A stretch of DNA of 51,677 nt, taken from Chloroflexota bacterium (lineage in GTDB: Bacteria > Chloroflexota > Limnocylindria > QHBO01). Of the stretch, positions 27,282 to 36,420 are shown one piece after another. How positions within the stretch are numbered: the stretch's first letter is position 1; each line of letters opens with the position of its first letter. Where the stretch lies: the NCBI GenBank assembly GCA_052388515.1, contig JBQTHZ010000133.1, positions 1 through 51,677 on the forward strand, written 5' to 3'. The translations under genes were made by a program, and so were the position numbers. The notes under the pieces are model-generated. The model was not told where the DNA came from, made no database searches, and saw only the letters and a list, made by a program, of their open reading frames with translations.

Positions 27282-29906
27282 ATGCAGCCGATGAGCGCCG
27301 CTGAGATCCGCGAGCGTTTCCAGCGCTTCTTCGAGGAGCGCGGTCATACGCGCGTGCCATCGGCGCCGATCCTGGCGAAGGACGATCCGACGCTGCTGTT
27401 CGTGAACTCCGGCATGGCACCCTTCAAGCGCGTCCTCACCGGCGAGGAGAAGCGCGACTACGTTCGCGCGGTCGACGCGCAGCTCTGCCTGCGCGTGGCC
27501 GGCAAGCACAACGACTTCGAGGAGGTCGGTCGCACGCCGCGCCACCAGACCCTGTTCGAGATGCTCGGCAACTGGAGCTTCGGCGACTACTTCAAGCGCG
27601 AGGCGATCCATTGGCACTGGGAGCTGCTGACCGGGGAGTTCGGGATCCCCGCGGATCGCCTGGCGGCGACCGTCTACACCGATGACGACGATGCCCACGC
27701 CGTCTGGGCCGAGGAGATCGGTCTGCCGCCCGATCGCATCGTTCGGTGGGGGAACATCGCCGTCGGAGATGAGAAGAACTTCTGGCGCATGGGCGACACG
27801 GGCCCCTGCGGCCCATGCAGCGAGCTCCACTACGATCGGGGCGAGCACCTGTCGGAAGGTCCGCACTGCATCCCGGACCACTCGGAGACCTGCCCGCGCT
27901 GGCTGGAGGTCGGCAATCTCGTCTTCATGCAGTTCGACCGCGCTGCAGACGGCAGCCTGGCACCGCTGCCGATGCAGAGCGTGGATACCGGGACGGGCCT
28001 GGAGCGGCTGACGTCGGTCATCCAGGATGTCGACTCCAACTACCGGACCGACCTGTTCGTCCCGATCATCGAGCGCCTCGCACAGTTCATCGGTCACGAC
28101 CCCGAGACCGTCGAGAGCGAGCGATTCAGCTACCAGGTGGTCGCCGATCACTCGCGTGCCATGACCTTCCTGCTGGCCGAGGGCGTGACGCCGTCCAACG
28201 AGGGCGCCGGCTACGTGCTGCGCCGCATCATCCGCCGCGCGGTGCGTCACGGACGCCTGCTGGGGATCACGGGGCCGTTCCTGGGTGAAACGTGCGCGGT
28301 GGTGATCGGTCTGATGGGCGAGGCTTACCCGCACGTCGCCGAGCAGCGCGAGACCGTCCTCGGCGCCATCGAGGTGGAGGAGGAGAAATTTGCACGCACG
28401 CTCGAGGCGGGAAGCGCGCGCCTGGACGAGCTGGTGGCCGCCGGCGGGATCATCAGCGGTGCCGATGCGTTCCGCCTGCACGACACGTTCGGCTTTCCGA
28501 TCGACCTGACCGTCGAGGTGGCTGCCGAGCGCGGGGTCAGCGTCGACCGCGCCGGCTTCGATGCGGCGATGGCCGAGCAGCGCGAGCGCTCGCGCGGCGA
28601 GAAGCGCGGCGGCCTGCAGCTGGATCCCGAGGTGGCGGCGCTGCGCAGCGAGTTCATCGGCTACCCGAACGAAACCAGCGCGGACGGTTTGCGCGTCCTT
28701 GCCGCGGTGCCCGGCGAGCCAGCGGCGATCGTGCTCGATCGGACCCCCTTCTACGCGGAGGGTGGCGGGCAGATCGGCGATCGGGGCGAGCTGATCGGGC
28801 CGGGTGGTCGGCTGCGGGTCGACGACACGCAGCGAAGCGGCGACGCGATCGCACACCTCGGCCAGCTGTCCGGCGAGCTGCGCGTCGGGGACGTGGTGCA
28901 CGCCGAGGTCGACGAGGGACGCCGATGGGGCGCGGCGCGCAACCACACCGGCACGCACCTCCTGCATCGGGCTCTGCGCGACGTGCTGGGAGAGCAGGCC
29001 AAGCAGGCCGGATCCTGGGTCGGGCCCGAGGCGCTGCGGTTCGACTTCCCGGCCCAGTCCGCCACGCCGCGGGAGGCGCTGCGCGAGGTGGAGCGGCTCG
29101 TCAACGCGCAGATCCGCCGCAATGCGCCTGTCCATCCAGGGTGGATGAAGATGGAGGACGCGCAGTCGCTCGGCGCCGACATGTTCTTCGGTGAGAGGTA
29201 CCTGCCCGAGTCGGTGCGCGTCGTCCGGGTCGACGGATACTCGAAGGAGCTGTGCGGCGGCACGCACGTGGCGGCCACCGGCCAGATCGGCCAGCTCGTG
29301 ATCACCGGCGAGTCCAGCATCGGCGCCGGCCTGCGCCGCATCGAGGCGGTCACCGGCGAGGCCGCGGCCGACCTGGTCAGCGCGAGGCTGGAGGCGTTGC
29401 GGAGCACGGCCCTCCTGCTCGGTGAGCAGGACGAGAAGGTTCCGCAGCGCGTCGAGGCGCTCCTGGCGCGACTCCGCGAGGCGGAGAGGGCCGCAAGGGC
29501 TCCGCGTGGAACGTCCGCAAGGCTGGATGCGGCAGCTGCGCTGCACGGTGCCCAGGAGGCCGGATCGACGAAGGTGATCGTGCAGGCCTACCCGGAGGCC
29601 GATGCGAACGCCCTGCGCGGTCTCGCCGACGACCTTCGCGGCATGACAGGACGCTTCGTGCTCGTCTCGGCGGCTGGCGCGGATGGCAAGCCATCGATCC
29701 TGGTGGCCGCAAGCCGAGATCTGACCGCGGAGGGCTTCGACGCCGGCGCCGTCGTCCGCGCGGCCGCGCCGCTCATCGGCGGCGGCGGGGGTGGTCGCGC
29801 GGATCTCGCGCAGGCCGGTGGGCGCGATGCGTCACACCTCGACGAAGCGCTCCGCGAAGCGGCGCGGCTCGCACTCGAGTCGCTCCGGCGGATCGAGACG
29901 GCCTGA
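27282..29906 (+). CDS. alaS: alanine--tRNA ligase
   Basis: DPTLLFVNSGM, FEMLGNWSFGDYFK, GPCGPCSE, TPFYAEGGGQ, NHTGTHLLH, ELCGGTHV, GGGGGRADLAQAGG. Confidence 0.98.
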   Translation: MQPMSAAEIRERFQRFFEERGHTRVPSAPILAKDDPTLLFVNSGMAPFKRVLTGEEKRDYVRAVDAQLCLRVAGKHNDFEEVGRTPRHQTLFEMLGNWSFGDYFKREAIHWHWELLTGEFGIPADRLAATVYTDDDDAHAVWAEEIGLPPDRIVRWGNIAVGDEKNFWRMGDTGPCGPCSELHYDRGEHLSEGPHCIPDHSETCPRWLEVGNLVFMQFDRAADGSLAPLPMQSVDTGTGLERLTSVIQDVDSNYRTDLFVPIIERLAQFIGHDPETVESERFSYQVVADHSRAMTFLLAEGVTPSNEGAGYVLRRIIRRAVRHGRLLGITGPFLGETCAVVIGLMGEAYPHVAEQRETVLGAIEVEEEKFARTLEAGSARLDELVAAGGIISGADAFRLHDTFGFPIDLTVEVAAERGVSVDRAGFDAAMAEQRERSRGEKRGGLQLDPEVAALRSEFIGYPNETSADGLRVLAAVPGEPAAIVLDRTPFYAEGGGQIGDRGELIGPGGRLRVDDTQRSGDAIAHLGQLSGELRVGDVVHAEVDEGRRWGAARNHTGTHLLHRALRDVLGEQAKQAGSWVGPEALRFDFPAQSATPREALREVERLVNAQIRRNAPVHPGWMKMEDAQSLGADMFFGERYLPESVRVVRVDGYSKELCGGTHVAATGQIGQLVITGESSIGAGLRRIEAVTGEAAADLVSARLEALRSTALLLGEQDEKVPQRVEALLARLREAERAARAPRGTSARLDAAAALHGAQEAGSTKVIVQAYPEADANALRGLADDLRGMTGRFVLVSAAGADGKPSILVAASRDLTAEGFDAGAVVRAAAPLIGGGGGGRADLAQAGGRDASHLDEALREAARLALESLRRIETA

Positions 29907-29916
29907 CACGACCACC

Positions 29917-31212
29917 GTGACCGGCGTTCAGCGGCTCTGGGGACGCGTTGCGGATCGGCTCCGAGCTTCCGCGCGATCGGGCCGCTCGCCGGCGATCGCC
30001 GCGCTCGACATCGGCACCGAGTTCGCGAAGGCGCTCGTCCTCTCGGTGGAGACCGACGCGGATGGCCGGCTCGTCGGCGTCGTGCGTGGCAGCGGACGGC
30101 AGCGACAGGGCCTCGCGCACATGCAGTCCGGGACCGTGAGCGACATCGATGCCGTGGTGGCCAACTGTCGTGTCGCGATGGACGAAGCACGCGCGATCGC
30201 GGGTGTACGTCCCTCCGCGGCGGTGATCGGCATCGCGGGTGAGCTCGTGAAGGGTGCCACGAGCACGCTGACCATGCGTCGCGATGACCCGCGGGCATCG
30301 CTCGGCGAGCCGGAGCTGGAGCGCATCGTGATGCGCGCCCAGGAGTCCGCGCTGCGCGAGGCCGAGGAGCGGATCCGGTGGGAGTCCGGCATGGATCGGC
30401 TCGACGTACGGCTCGTGCACGCCGCCATCGTGGAGATGACGATCGACGGCTACCCGGTCAGCAATCCGATCGGCTTTACGGGGGCGCAGGTCGAGCTGCA
30501 TCTCTTCAATGCCTTCGCGCCGATGGTCCACCTCGGCGCACTCCAGTCCGTCGCGACCGCGCTCGATCTCGAGCTGCTCGGGGTGATCGCGGAGCCCTAC
30601 GCGGTGGCCACCTGCCTCGACCCGGGCGAGCTGGGCGACGCAGGTGCGGTGTTCGTCGACATCGGCGGCGGGACGACCGATGTCGCGCTCGTCCGAGGCG
30701 GAGGCATCGCCGGCACCAAGATGCTGGCCCTCGGCGGGCGCGCCTTCACGAAGGGCCTGGCGGAGCGGCTGGGCATCGCCTTCGCCGATGCCGAGGCGGC
30801 CAAGCTCTCCGTCGTCTCGGGCGACCGCTCGGAGGTTTCGGATGCGCTGCTCGAGGACGCGCGCATCTGGCGCTCGGGCATCGAGCTGATGATCGGTGAT
30901 CTTGCGGGCGGGGAGCTCCTGCCGGGACGCATCCTGCTCTGCGGGGGCGGGGCCGACCTGCCGCAGGTGCGGCTCGTGCTCGACGAGGAGGGCTGGTGGG
31001 ATCGCCTGCCCTTCGCGCGACGGCCGAAGGTCCGGGCGCTGGCGCCCGACGAGGTGATCGGCCTGCGCGATGCGACCGGCACGCTCGGCACGCTCGGCAC
31101 GCGGCAGGATGTGACGCCGATGGCACTCGCCCACCAGGCGCTGATCCTCGATGCCGGCGCATCCGCCGTCGACCGCGCCATGCGCGGTGTCGTGCGCGAG
31201 ATGGCGCTGTGA
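29917..31212 (+). CDS. FtsA-like actin-family ATPase (non-canonical context)
   Basis: Phosphate-1 ALDIGT, connect-1 AEPYAVA, phosphate-2 VDIGGGTTD, AEAAK, adenosine LCGGGA; IDGYPVSNPIG FtsA 1C-type insert. Confidence 0.85.
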   Translation: MTGVQRLWGRVADRLRASARSGRSPAIAALDIGTEFAKALVLSVETDADGRLVGVVRGSGRQRQGLAHMQSGTVSDIDAVVANCRVAMDEARAIAGVRPSAAVIGIAGELVKGATSTLTMRRDDPRASLGEPELERIVMRAQESALREAEERIRWESGMDRLDVRLVHAAIVEMTIDGYPVSNPIGFTGAQVELHLFNAFAPMVHLGALQSVATALDLELLGVIAEPYAVATCLDPGELGDAGAVFVDIGGGTTDVALVRGGGIAGTKMLALGGRAFTKGLAERLGIAFADAEAAKLSVVSGDRSEVSDALLEDARIWRSGIELMIGDLAGGELLPGRILLCGGGADLPQVRLVLDEEGWWDRLPFARRPKVRALAPDEVIGLRDATGTLGTLGTRQDVTPMALAHQALILDAGASAVDRAMRGVVREMAL

Positions 31213-32816
31213 GCGAGGAGACGTTGCTCCTCTACCTGGAGGCCGATGACGAGGTGACCTCGGTCGTCCGCCGCCTGCGCGTGGCCGATGCCGAGCGGGT
31301 CATCCTCGTGGTGCCCGGCCGCTCACGCGCCACCTCGAGTGTCGTTGCCCTTCGCCTTCTCGCACGGGTCGGGGAGGAAGCTGGACGACGCGTGGCCGTG
31401 GTGGGCGACGTGCTCACGCGATCCCTCGCATCCGAGGCAGGCCTCGAGGCGTTCGTCACGGTCGGCGACGCTCGCAACGCGGCGCCGGCCGAGGTCGGTG
31501 CGCATGGGAAGGGCGCGTCGATTCACGTGGTGCGCGGCAACGTGTCCGAGGAGACTGCGCCCATCGCAGCCGCGATCCAGCCCGCGCCGGCGCGGACCGA
31601 CCCGGACACCGAGACGCGGCCGGTCGCCGTTCCACGCGCCGCGGAACGGAGAGATCGGCCGGTGGATGCCAGCCGCCGATCCGGTCGTGCCCTCCCGCTG
31701 GCATTCATCCTCGGCGGTCTCGCCGCACTCCTGCTGGCTGCCGCTGCAGTCGTCGCCGTCGTCGTGCTGCCGGCGGCCACCGTGACCATCGAGCCGGCGG
31801 GTGAGCCGCTCGGGCCGGTCCCGTACGAGATCCGCCTCGACGACCCGGAGCGGCTGACCGGTACCGTCGAGGCCGAGGCTCCGGTGACGGCAACCGGGAC
31901 GTATCCGATCCAGGCCGCAGCGACCGGCACGGTGGTGCTCCGCAACTTCAACACGGTCGATGTGGCAGTCGGCGCCGGTACGCTCGTCGCCGCCGGTGAG
32001 CAGGCGTTCGAGACGGTGGCCGAGATCGTCGTCCCGGCTGGGACGCTGACGGGCGCTGGAACGATCCAGGCCGGCGAGGAGGCGGTCGGGGTGACTGCGG
32101 CGGCGGTCGGACCAGCGGCCAACGTCGCCGCCGATGCCATCGACACGATCCTGACCCAGAACGTCGCCGCCCGCCTGCGTGGATTCCCGAACAACACGTC
32201 GCGACTCGTCCTCAATCCGGAAGCCACGGTTGGTGGTGTCGACACGACCGGCCCGGAGATCACGCAGGCCGACGTGGATGCGGCGCGAACCGCCCTGGGC
32301 GAGGCGCTCGAGGTGGCCTTGACCGAAGCGCTCGAAGGCAGCGGCGAGGCGATCTTCGCCGATCCGACGGAGACCGCAGAGCCGGTCGTCGATGGGCTCG
32401 AGGGCCTCGTCGAAACGCGCGACCAGGAGACGGCACGCATCAGCGGCTCTCTCGCCTACGATCGGCTCGTCGTCGACCGTGACGAGGTCATGCCACTGGC
32501 GGAGGCCCGCCTCGTGGACGACGCGAACGTCGTGCCATCCGGTCACGAGCTCCTGCCGGATGCAACCCGGGTGACCATCGGGGATGCTCGGCGCGACGGC
32601 GACGCCATCGTGGTGAGCGTCAGCGTCACCGGCGCTTCGACGGCTGTCATCGATCGGGACGAGGTCATCGACCGCGTGCGGGGGCAAGGCCTCGAGACGG
32701 CCCATGACGCGCTCGTCGAGCTGGGGGAGCCGAGGATCGAGCTCTGGCCGGGGTGGGTCGCATCGGTGCCGGAGCTCGACTGGCGGATCGACGTCCAGGT
32801 CGTGACCCGACGGTGA
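31209..32816 (+). CDS. bitopic membrane protein with baseplate J/gp47-like extracytoplasmic domain
   Basis: N-terminal alpha/beta domain (LYLEADDEVTSVVRRL), linker, one TM, then ATGTVVLRN..VGAGT..FET..VTAAAVGPAANVAADAI..VLNPEATVGG as in baseplate J proteins; GTG overlaps upstream stop. Confidence 0.75.
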   Translation: MSEETLLLYLEADDEVTSVVRRLRVADAERVILVVPGRSRATSSVVALRLLARVGEEAGRRVAVVGDVLTRSLASEAGLEAFVTVGDARNAAPAEVGAHGKGASIHVVRGNVSEETAPIAAAIQPAPARTDPDTETRPVAVPRAAERRDRPVDASRRSGRALPLAFILGGLAALLLAAAAVVAVVVLPAATVTIEPAGEPLGPVPYEIRLDDPERLTGTVEAEAPVTATGTYPIQAAATGTVVLRNFNTVDVAVGAGTLVAAGEQAFETVAEIVVPAGTLTGAGTIQAGEEAVGVTAAAVGPAANVAADAIDTILTQNVAARLRGFPNNTSRLVLNPEATVGGVDTTGPEITQADVDAARTALGEALEVALTEALEGSGEAIFADPTETAEPVVDGLEGLVETRDQETARISGSLAYDRLVVDRDEVMPLAEARLVDDANVVPSGHELLPDATRVTIGDARRDGDAIVVSVSVTGASTAVIDRDEVIDRVRGQGLETAHDALVELGEPRIELWPGWVASVPELDWRIDVQVVTRR

Positions 32817-33250
32817 GCAGGTTGATCGGCCTCGACCATGGCAGCCGGCGCATCGGCGTTGCGGTGGGCGACACCGAAACCGGCATGGCCTTCGCGCGCC
32901 CCGCCATCCGGCGGCGCAGGCTGCTCGCCGACCTCGCGGCGATCGAGGCGCTCATCACCTCGGAGGGGGCCGAGACCGTCGTGATCGGTTTGCCGATCAA
33001 CATGGACGGCAGCGAGGGCGACCAGGCAGCATCTGCCCGTCACTTCGGCGAGCGGTTGGTCGCCCGAGGCATGGCAATTGCCTATGAGGACGAGCGTCTC
33101 AGCTCGTGGGAGGCGGGGGAGCAGCTGTCGGAGGCCGGCAGGCGACCGCGGCGCGAGAGCGGCGAGCTGGACTCGACGGCCGCCCGCGTGATCCTGCAAC
33201 AATATCTCGATGCCCGCCGTTGGACGGGACCGCCTGAGGAGACTGAATGA
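32813..33250 (+). CDS. ruvX: YqgF/RuvX pre-16S rRNA nuclease / Holliday junction resolvase-like
   Basis: IGLDHGSRRIGVAVGD, VVIGLP, DERLSS, LDSTAARVILQQYL. Confidence 0.93.
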   Translation: MSRLIGLDHGSRRIGVAVGDTETGMAFARPAIRRRRLLADLAAIEALITSEGAETVVIGLPINMDGSEGDQAASARHFGERLVARGMAIAYEDERLSSWEAGEQLSEAGRRPRRESGELDSTAARVILQQYLDARRWTGPPEETE

Positions 33251-34623
33251 CCCGACGCCCCGCACCAATGGGTGAGTACGAGGAGCGACGCAACGCCCGC
33301 ATCCGCCAGCTGCGTGAGCAGCGCGAGGGACCGGTGCGTCGTCGACGTCGGGTGGAGCCGCTGCTGCTGATCATGTGGATCGCGGGCACGATCGCGCTCC
33401 TCGGCATCCTCATCGTGCTCGGGTTCAACGTCTTCTTTGCTCCGCGCGTGATGGCCTGGGTCGAGGAGAATCCCGGCGCCATCGAACATGGGCTGGTCGA
33501 GGACTTCGTGCAGTGGTATCGCCCCGGGGTGCTCGCCGACACGCCCGCGAGCGACGAGCAGCGGCGCGTCACCGTGAACGTCGAGACCGGCGCAACGGAC
33601 ACCTCGATCGGCCAGCTCCTCCACGACGAGGGGATCATCGGCAGCCAGATCGCGTTCCAGTACGCCGTCATCAATGCCGGGCGCGAGGGGACGCTTGCTG
33701 CCGGCGTGTATGACCTCTTTCCGACCATGACGCCGTCCGAGATCGTCGCCACCCTCCAGGGCCAACCGTTCGGCGAGGTCACCAGCGTGACCCTGCGGGA
33801 AGGGCTTCGCATCGAGGAGATCGTGGCCACCTTCGCCGCCAGCGAGATGACGATGAACATCGAGGAGTTCGCCTCCCTGCTCCAGGCGCCCCCGGCCGAC
33901 CTGCTGAACCAGTACGACTTCCTTGCCGATCTGCCTGCCGGCAGATCGCTGGAGGGCTACATCGCGCCGGAGACGATCGAGTACCAGGTCGGTGCCGATG
34001 CCATCGAGGTCGTGCGGGGGCTGCTCGACCAGTTCCAGGCGTCGCTGACCGACCAGATCATCGCCGGCATCGACGCGAAGGGCCTGACCCTGGACGAGGC
34101 GATCATCATCGCCAGCATCGTGGAGCGCGAGGCGGTCATCGACGAGGAACGGCCGCTCATCGCCGCCGTCTACACCAAGCGCTTCCTGGAGCCGGAGAAC
34201 CCGCAGACGGTCGGCCAGCTCAATGCCGATCCGACGCTCCAGTACGGGTTGACGACCGGCGAGCAGCGACCCGAGGGCCATCCGCTGCTGGGCGAGGGCG
34301 AGGGAGCCACGCTGCCCGCCGACGAGTGGGGCTCGATCGAGTGGTGGCCGCAGCTGCAGACCGGCGGAGCCGAGGTTGCGCTCGAGGAGTTCCTGCTCGG
34401 GTTCCAGACCTACACCCAGGCCGGGCTGCCGCCGATGCCGATCGCCGCACCGCGCATCGGCTCGCTCGAGGCGGTCGCCAGCGCACCGATCGACGACGGC
34501 TTCCTGTTCTTCGTGGCCGGCTGCCCGGACGGCACCCGGGACGGCTCCCACTACTTCGCCACCACCCTCGATGAGCACAACGCCAACATCGCGCGCGCCA
34601 ACGGGGAGTGCGCGGGCCAGTGA
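33247..34623 (+). CDS. mltG: endolytic transglycosylase MltG
   Basis: N-terminal TM, LAAGVY, VTLREGL, LEGYIAPETI, IIASIVERE, LNADPTLQY, TYTQAGLPPMPI, LFFVA. Confidence 0.92.
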   Translation: MTRRPAPMGEYEERRNARIRQLREQREGPVRRRRRVEPLLLIMWIAGTIALLGILIVLGFNVFFAPRVMAWVEENPGAIEHGLVEDFVQWYRPGVLADTPASDEQRRVTVNVETGATDTSIGQLLHDEGIIGSQIAFQYAVINAGREGTLAAGVYDLFPTMTPSEIVATLQGQPFGEVTSVTLREGLRIEEIVATFAASEMTMNIEEFASLLQAPPADLLNQYDFLADLPAGRSLEGYIAPETIEYQVGADAIEVVRGLLDQFQASLTDQIIAGIDAKGLTLDEAIIIASIVEREAVIDEERPLIAAVYTKRFLEPENPQTVGQLNADPTLQYGLTTGEQRPEGHPLLGEGEGATLPADEWGSIEWWPQLQTGGAEVALEEFLLGFQTYTQAGLPPMPIAAPRIGSLEAVASAPIDDGFLFFVAGCPDGTRDGSHYFATTLDEHNANIARANGECAGQ

Positions 34624-35717
34624 CCGATGCGCGGCTCTCAGCGTTGCGAGGGCTGCTCGGCGAGCACGCGCTCGATGGAATCCTGCTGAGCCGCAGCGCG
34701 AACAAGCGCTACTTCAGCGGCTTCCGGCTCGGGGATGCCGAGGGTCCGACATCGGGGTTCGCGGGCACGCTGCTGGTGACCCGCGAGGCGAGCCTCATCC
34801 TGGCCGACAGCCGGTACACGGAGCAGGCGGCCAACGAGACGTCCGGCTGGGAGATCATCGCGACCACGGGGCCGATCGAGGAGGAGCTGCCGCCCCTCCT
34901 CCTGAGCCACGAGATCACCGCACTCGGCATGGAGGCGGCCGTCGTCACCCACGCCGATTGGTCGGCGCTGGGGAAGGCGGCAGCCGGCGTCGAGCTGCAC
35001 GCGATCGACGACGAGCTGGTCCCGCTCCGCATCCTCAAGACGCCGGAGGAAGTCGACGCCATCGGTCGGGCGTGCGCGTTGACCGATGCCTGCTTCGTCC
35101 ATCTCTCCGAGTTCGTGCGGGTCGGCATGACCTAACGCGCGGTCGCGCTCGAGCGCGAGCGCTGGTTCCGCACCAACGGCGCGGAGGGCCTCGCCTTCGA
35201 GCCGATCGTCCTCGCGGGGCCGCGTGCTGCGATGCCGCACGGCCGCCCGTCCGAGGTTCGGATCGAGAGCGGCAACGTGCTCCTCATCGATTTCGGGTGC
35301 ATCGTGGACGGCTATCGGTCCGACATGACCCGCACGCTGTTCGTGGGCGCTGTGCCGGACGAAGTCCGTCGCCACCACGATGCTGTCCGCGAGGCGCAGC
35401 AGGCGGCGATGGCGGCGATCCGTGTCGGCGTCAACGGCCAGGAGCTGGATGCCATCGCACGTCGCCGGATCGAGGCCGATGGGGTCGAGCCCTATGGCCA
35501 CGGCCTGGGGCACGGGATCGGCCTGGAGACCCATGAGCCGCCACGGCTGCGCGCATCGGAGGCGTTCACGCTGGAAGCCGGGATGGTGTTCAGCGTGGAG
35601 CCGGGCATCTACCTCCCCGGCGTGACCGGCATCCGGATCGAGGACATCGTCGCGCTCCAGCCCTCCGGCCCGCGGCTCCTCACGAACTCACCGCGCGAGG
35701 CCCTCGTCGTCGGCTGA
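34620..35717 (+). pseudogene. Xaa-Pro aminopeptidase (M24B) with in-frame TAA at 35133-35135
   Basis: Both ORF halves share one frame; DSRY, LRILKT, PHG, DFG..YRSDMTRT, HGLGHGIGLETHE, SVEPGIY, IRIEDIV; adjacent to efp. Confidence 0.85.
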
Positions 35718-35813
35718 CGGGTCGCGTTTCCTGTCTCCTGTTCGCCTCACGAAGCGCATGCCCTGCCGTATCCTGAGCGTCGCACCGCATCGGTCCATCA
35801 AGGGGAGCAGCGA

Positions 35814-36374
35814 TTGATCAGCACCGGCGACGTCAAGAAGGGCGTCATCATCGAGCTCGACGGACAGCTCATGAAGGTCCTCGACTGGAGCCACATCAAG
35901 ATGGCACGAGGATCCGCGCAGGTCCGAATGAAGCTCCAGAACGTGCGCAGGGGCGACATCGTTGAGCGGACGTTCCAGGCCGGCACTCGCTGGCCGCGCG
36001 CTCGCGTCGAGCAGCGCCGGGTGCAGTACCTGTACTCGGACGGCGACGTCTACCACTTCATGGACAGCGAGACGTACGACCAGTTCGCGGTCAACGCCGC
36101 CATGCTGGGTGACGATGCGCGCTACCTCGTTGAGAACACGGACGTCTTCGTCAGCTCCCACGAGAGTGAGATCCTGGGGGTCGACCTCCCGGTCACGGTT
36201 GATCTCGAGGTGGCGCAGACCGATCCCGGCTTTGCGGGTGATACCGCCACCGGTGCGAAGAAGGCGGCGACCCTCCAGACCGGCCTCGTCGTCCAGGTGC
36301 CGCTGTTCGTCAACGAGGGCGACCTCCTGCGCATCGACACCCGCACCGGCGAGTACGTCACCCGCGTCCAGTAG
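35814..36374 (+). CDS. efp: elongation factor P
   Basis: QYLYSDG, FMDSETYDQ, PGFAGDTATG, KAATLQTG, VPLFVNEGD, IDTRTGEYVTR; TTG start with AAGGGGAG RBS. Confidence 0.96.
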   Translation: MISTGDVKKGVIIELDGQLMKVLDWSHIKMARGSAQVRMKLQNVRRGDIVERTFQAGTRWPRARVEQRRVQYLYSDGDVYHFMDSETYDQFAVNAAMLGDDARYLVENTDVFVSSHESEILGVDLPVTVDLEVAQTDPGFAGDTATGAKKAATLQTGLVVQVPLFVNEGDLLRIDTRTGEYVTRVQ

Positions 36375-36420
36375 GGACCGGGTTGATGGGTATTCGGAAC
36401 GACATCGGTGACGCATAGGC

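Noticed and set aside
31078-31101. 9-bp tandem repeat ggcacgctc in the FtsA-like gene
   Set aside because: In-frame GTL duplication; probably a trivial slippage event
31209-32816. Prophage or contractile injection system
   Set aside because: No other structural phage/eCIS genes; the protein has a TM helix and is embedded in a core operon
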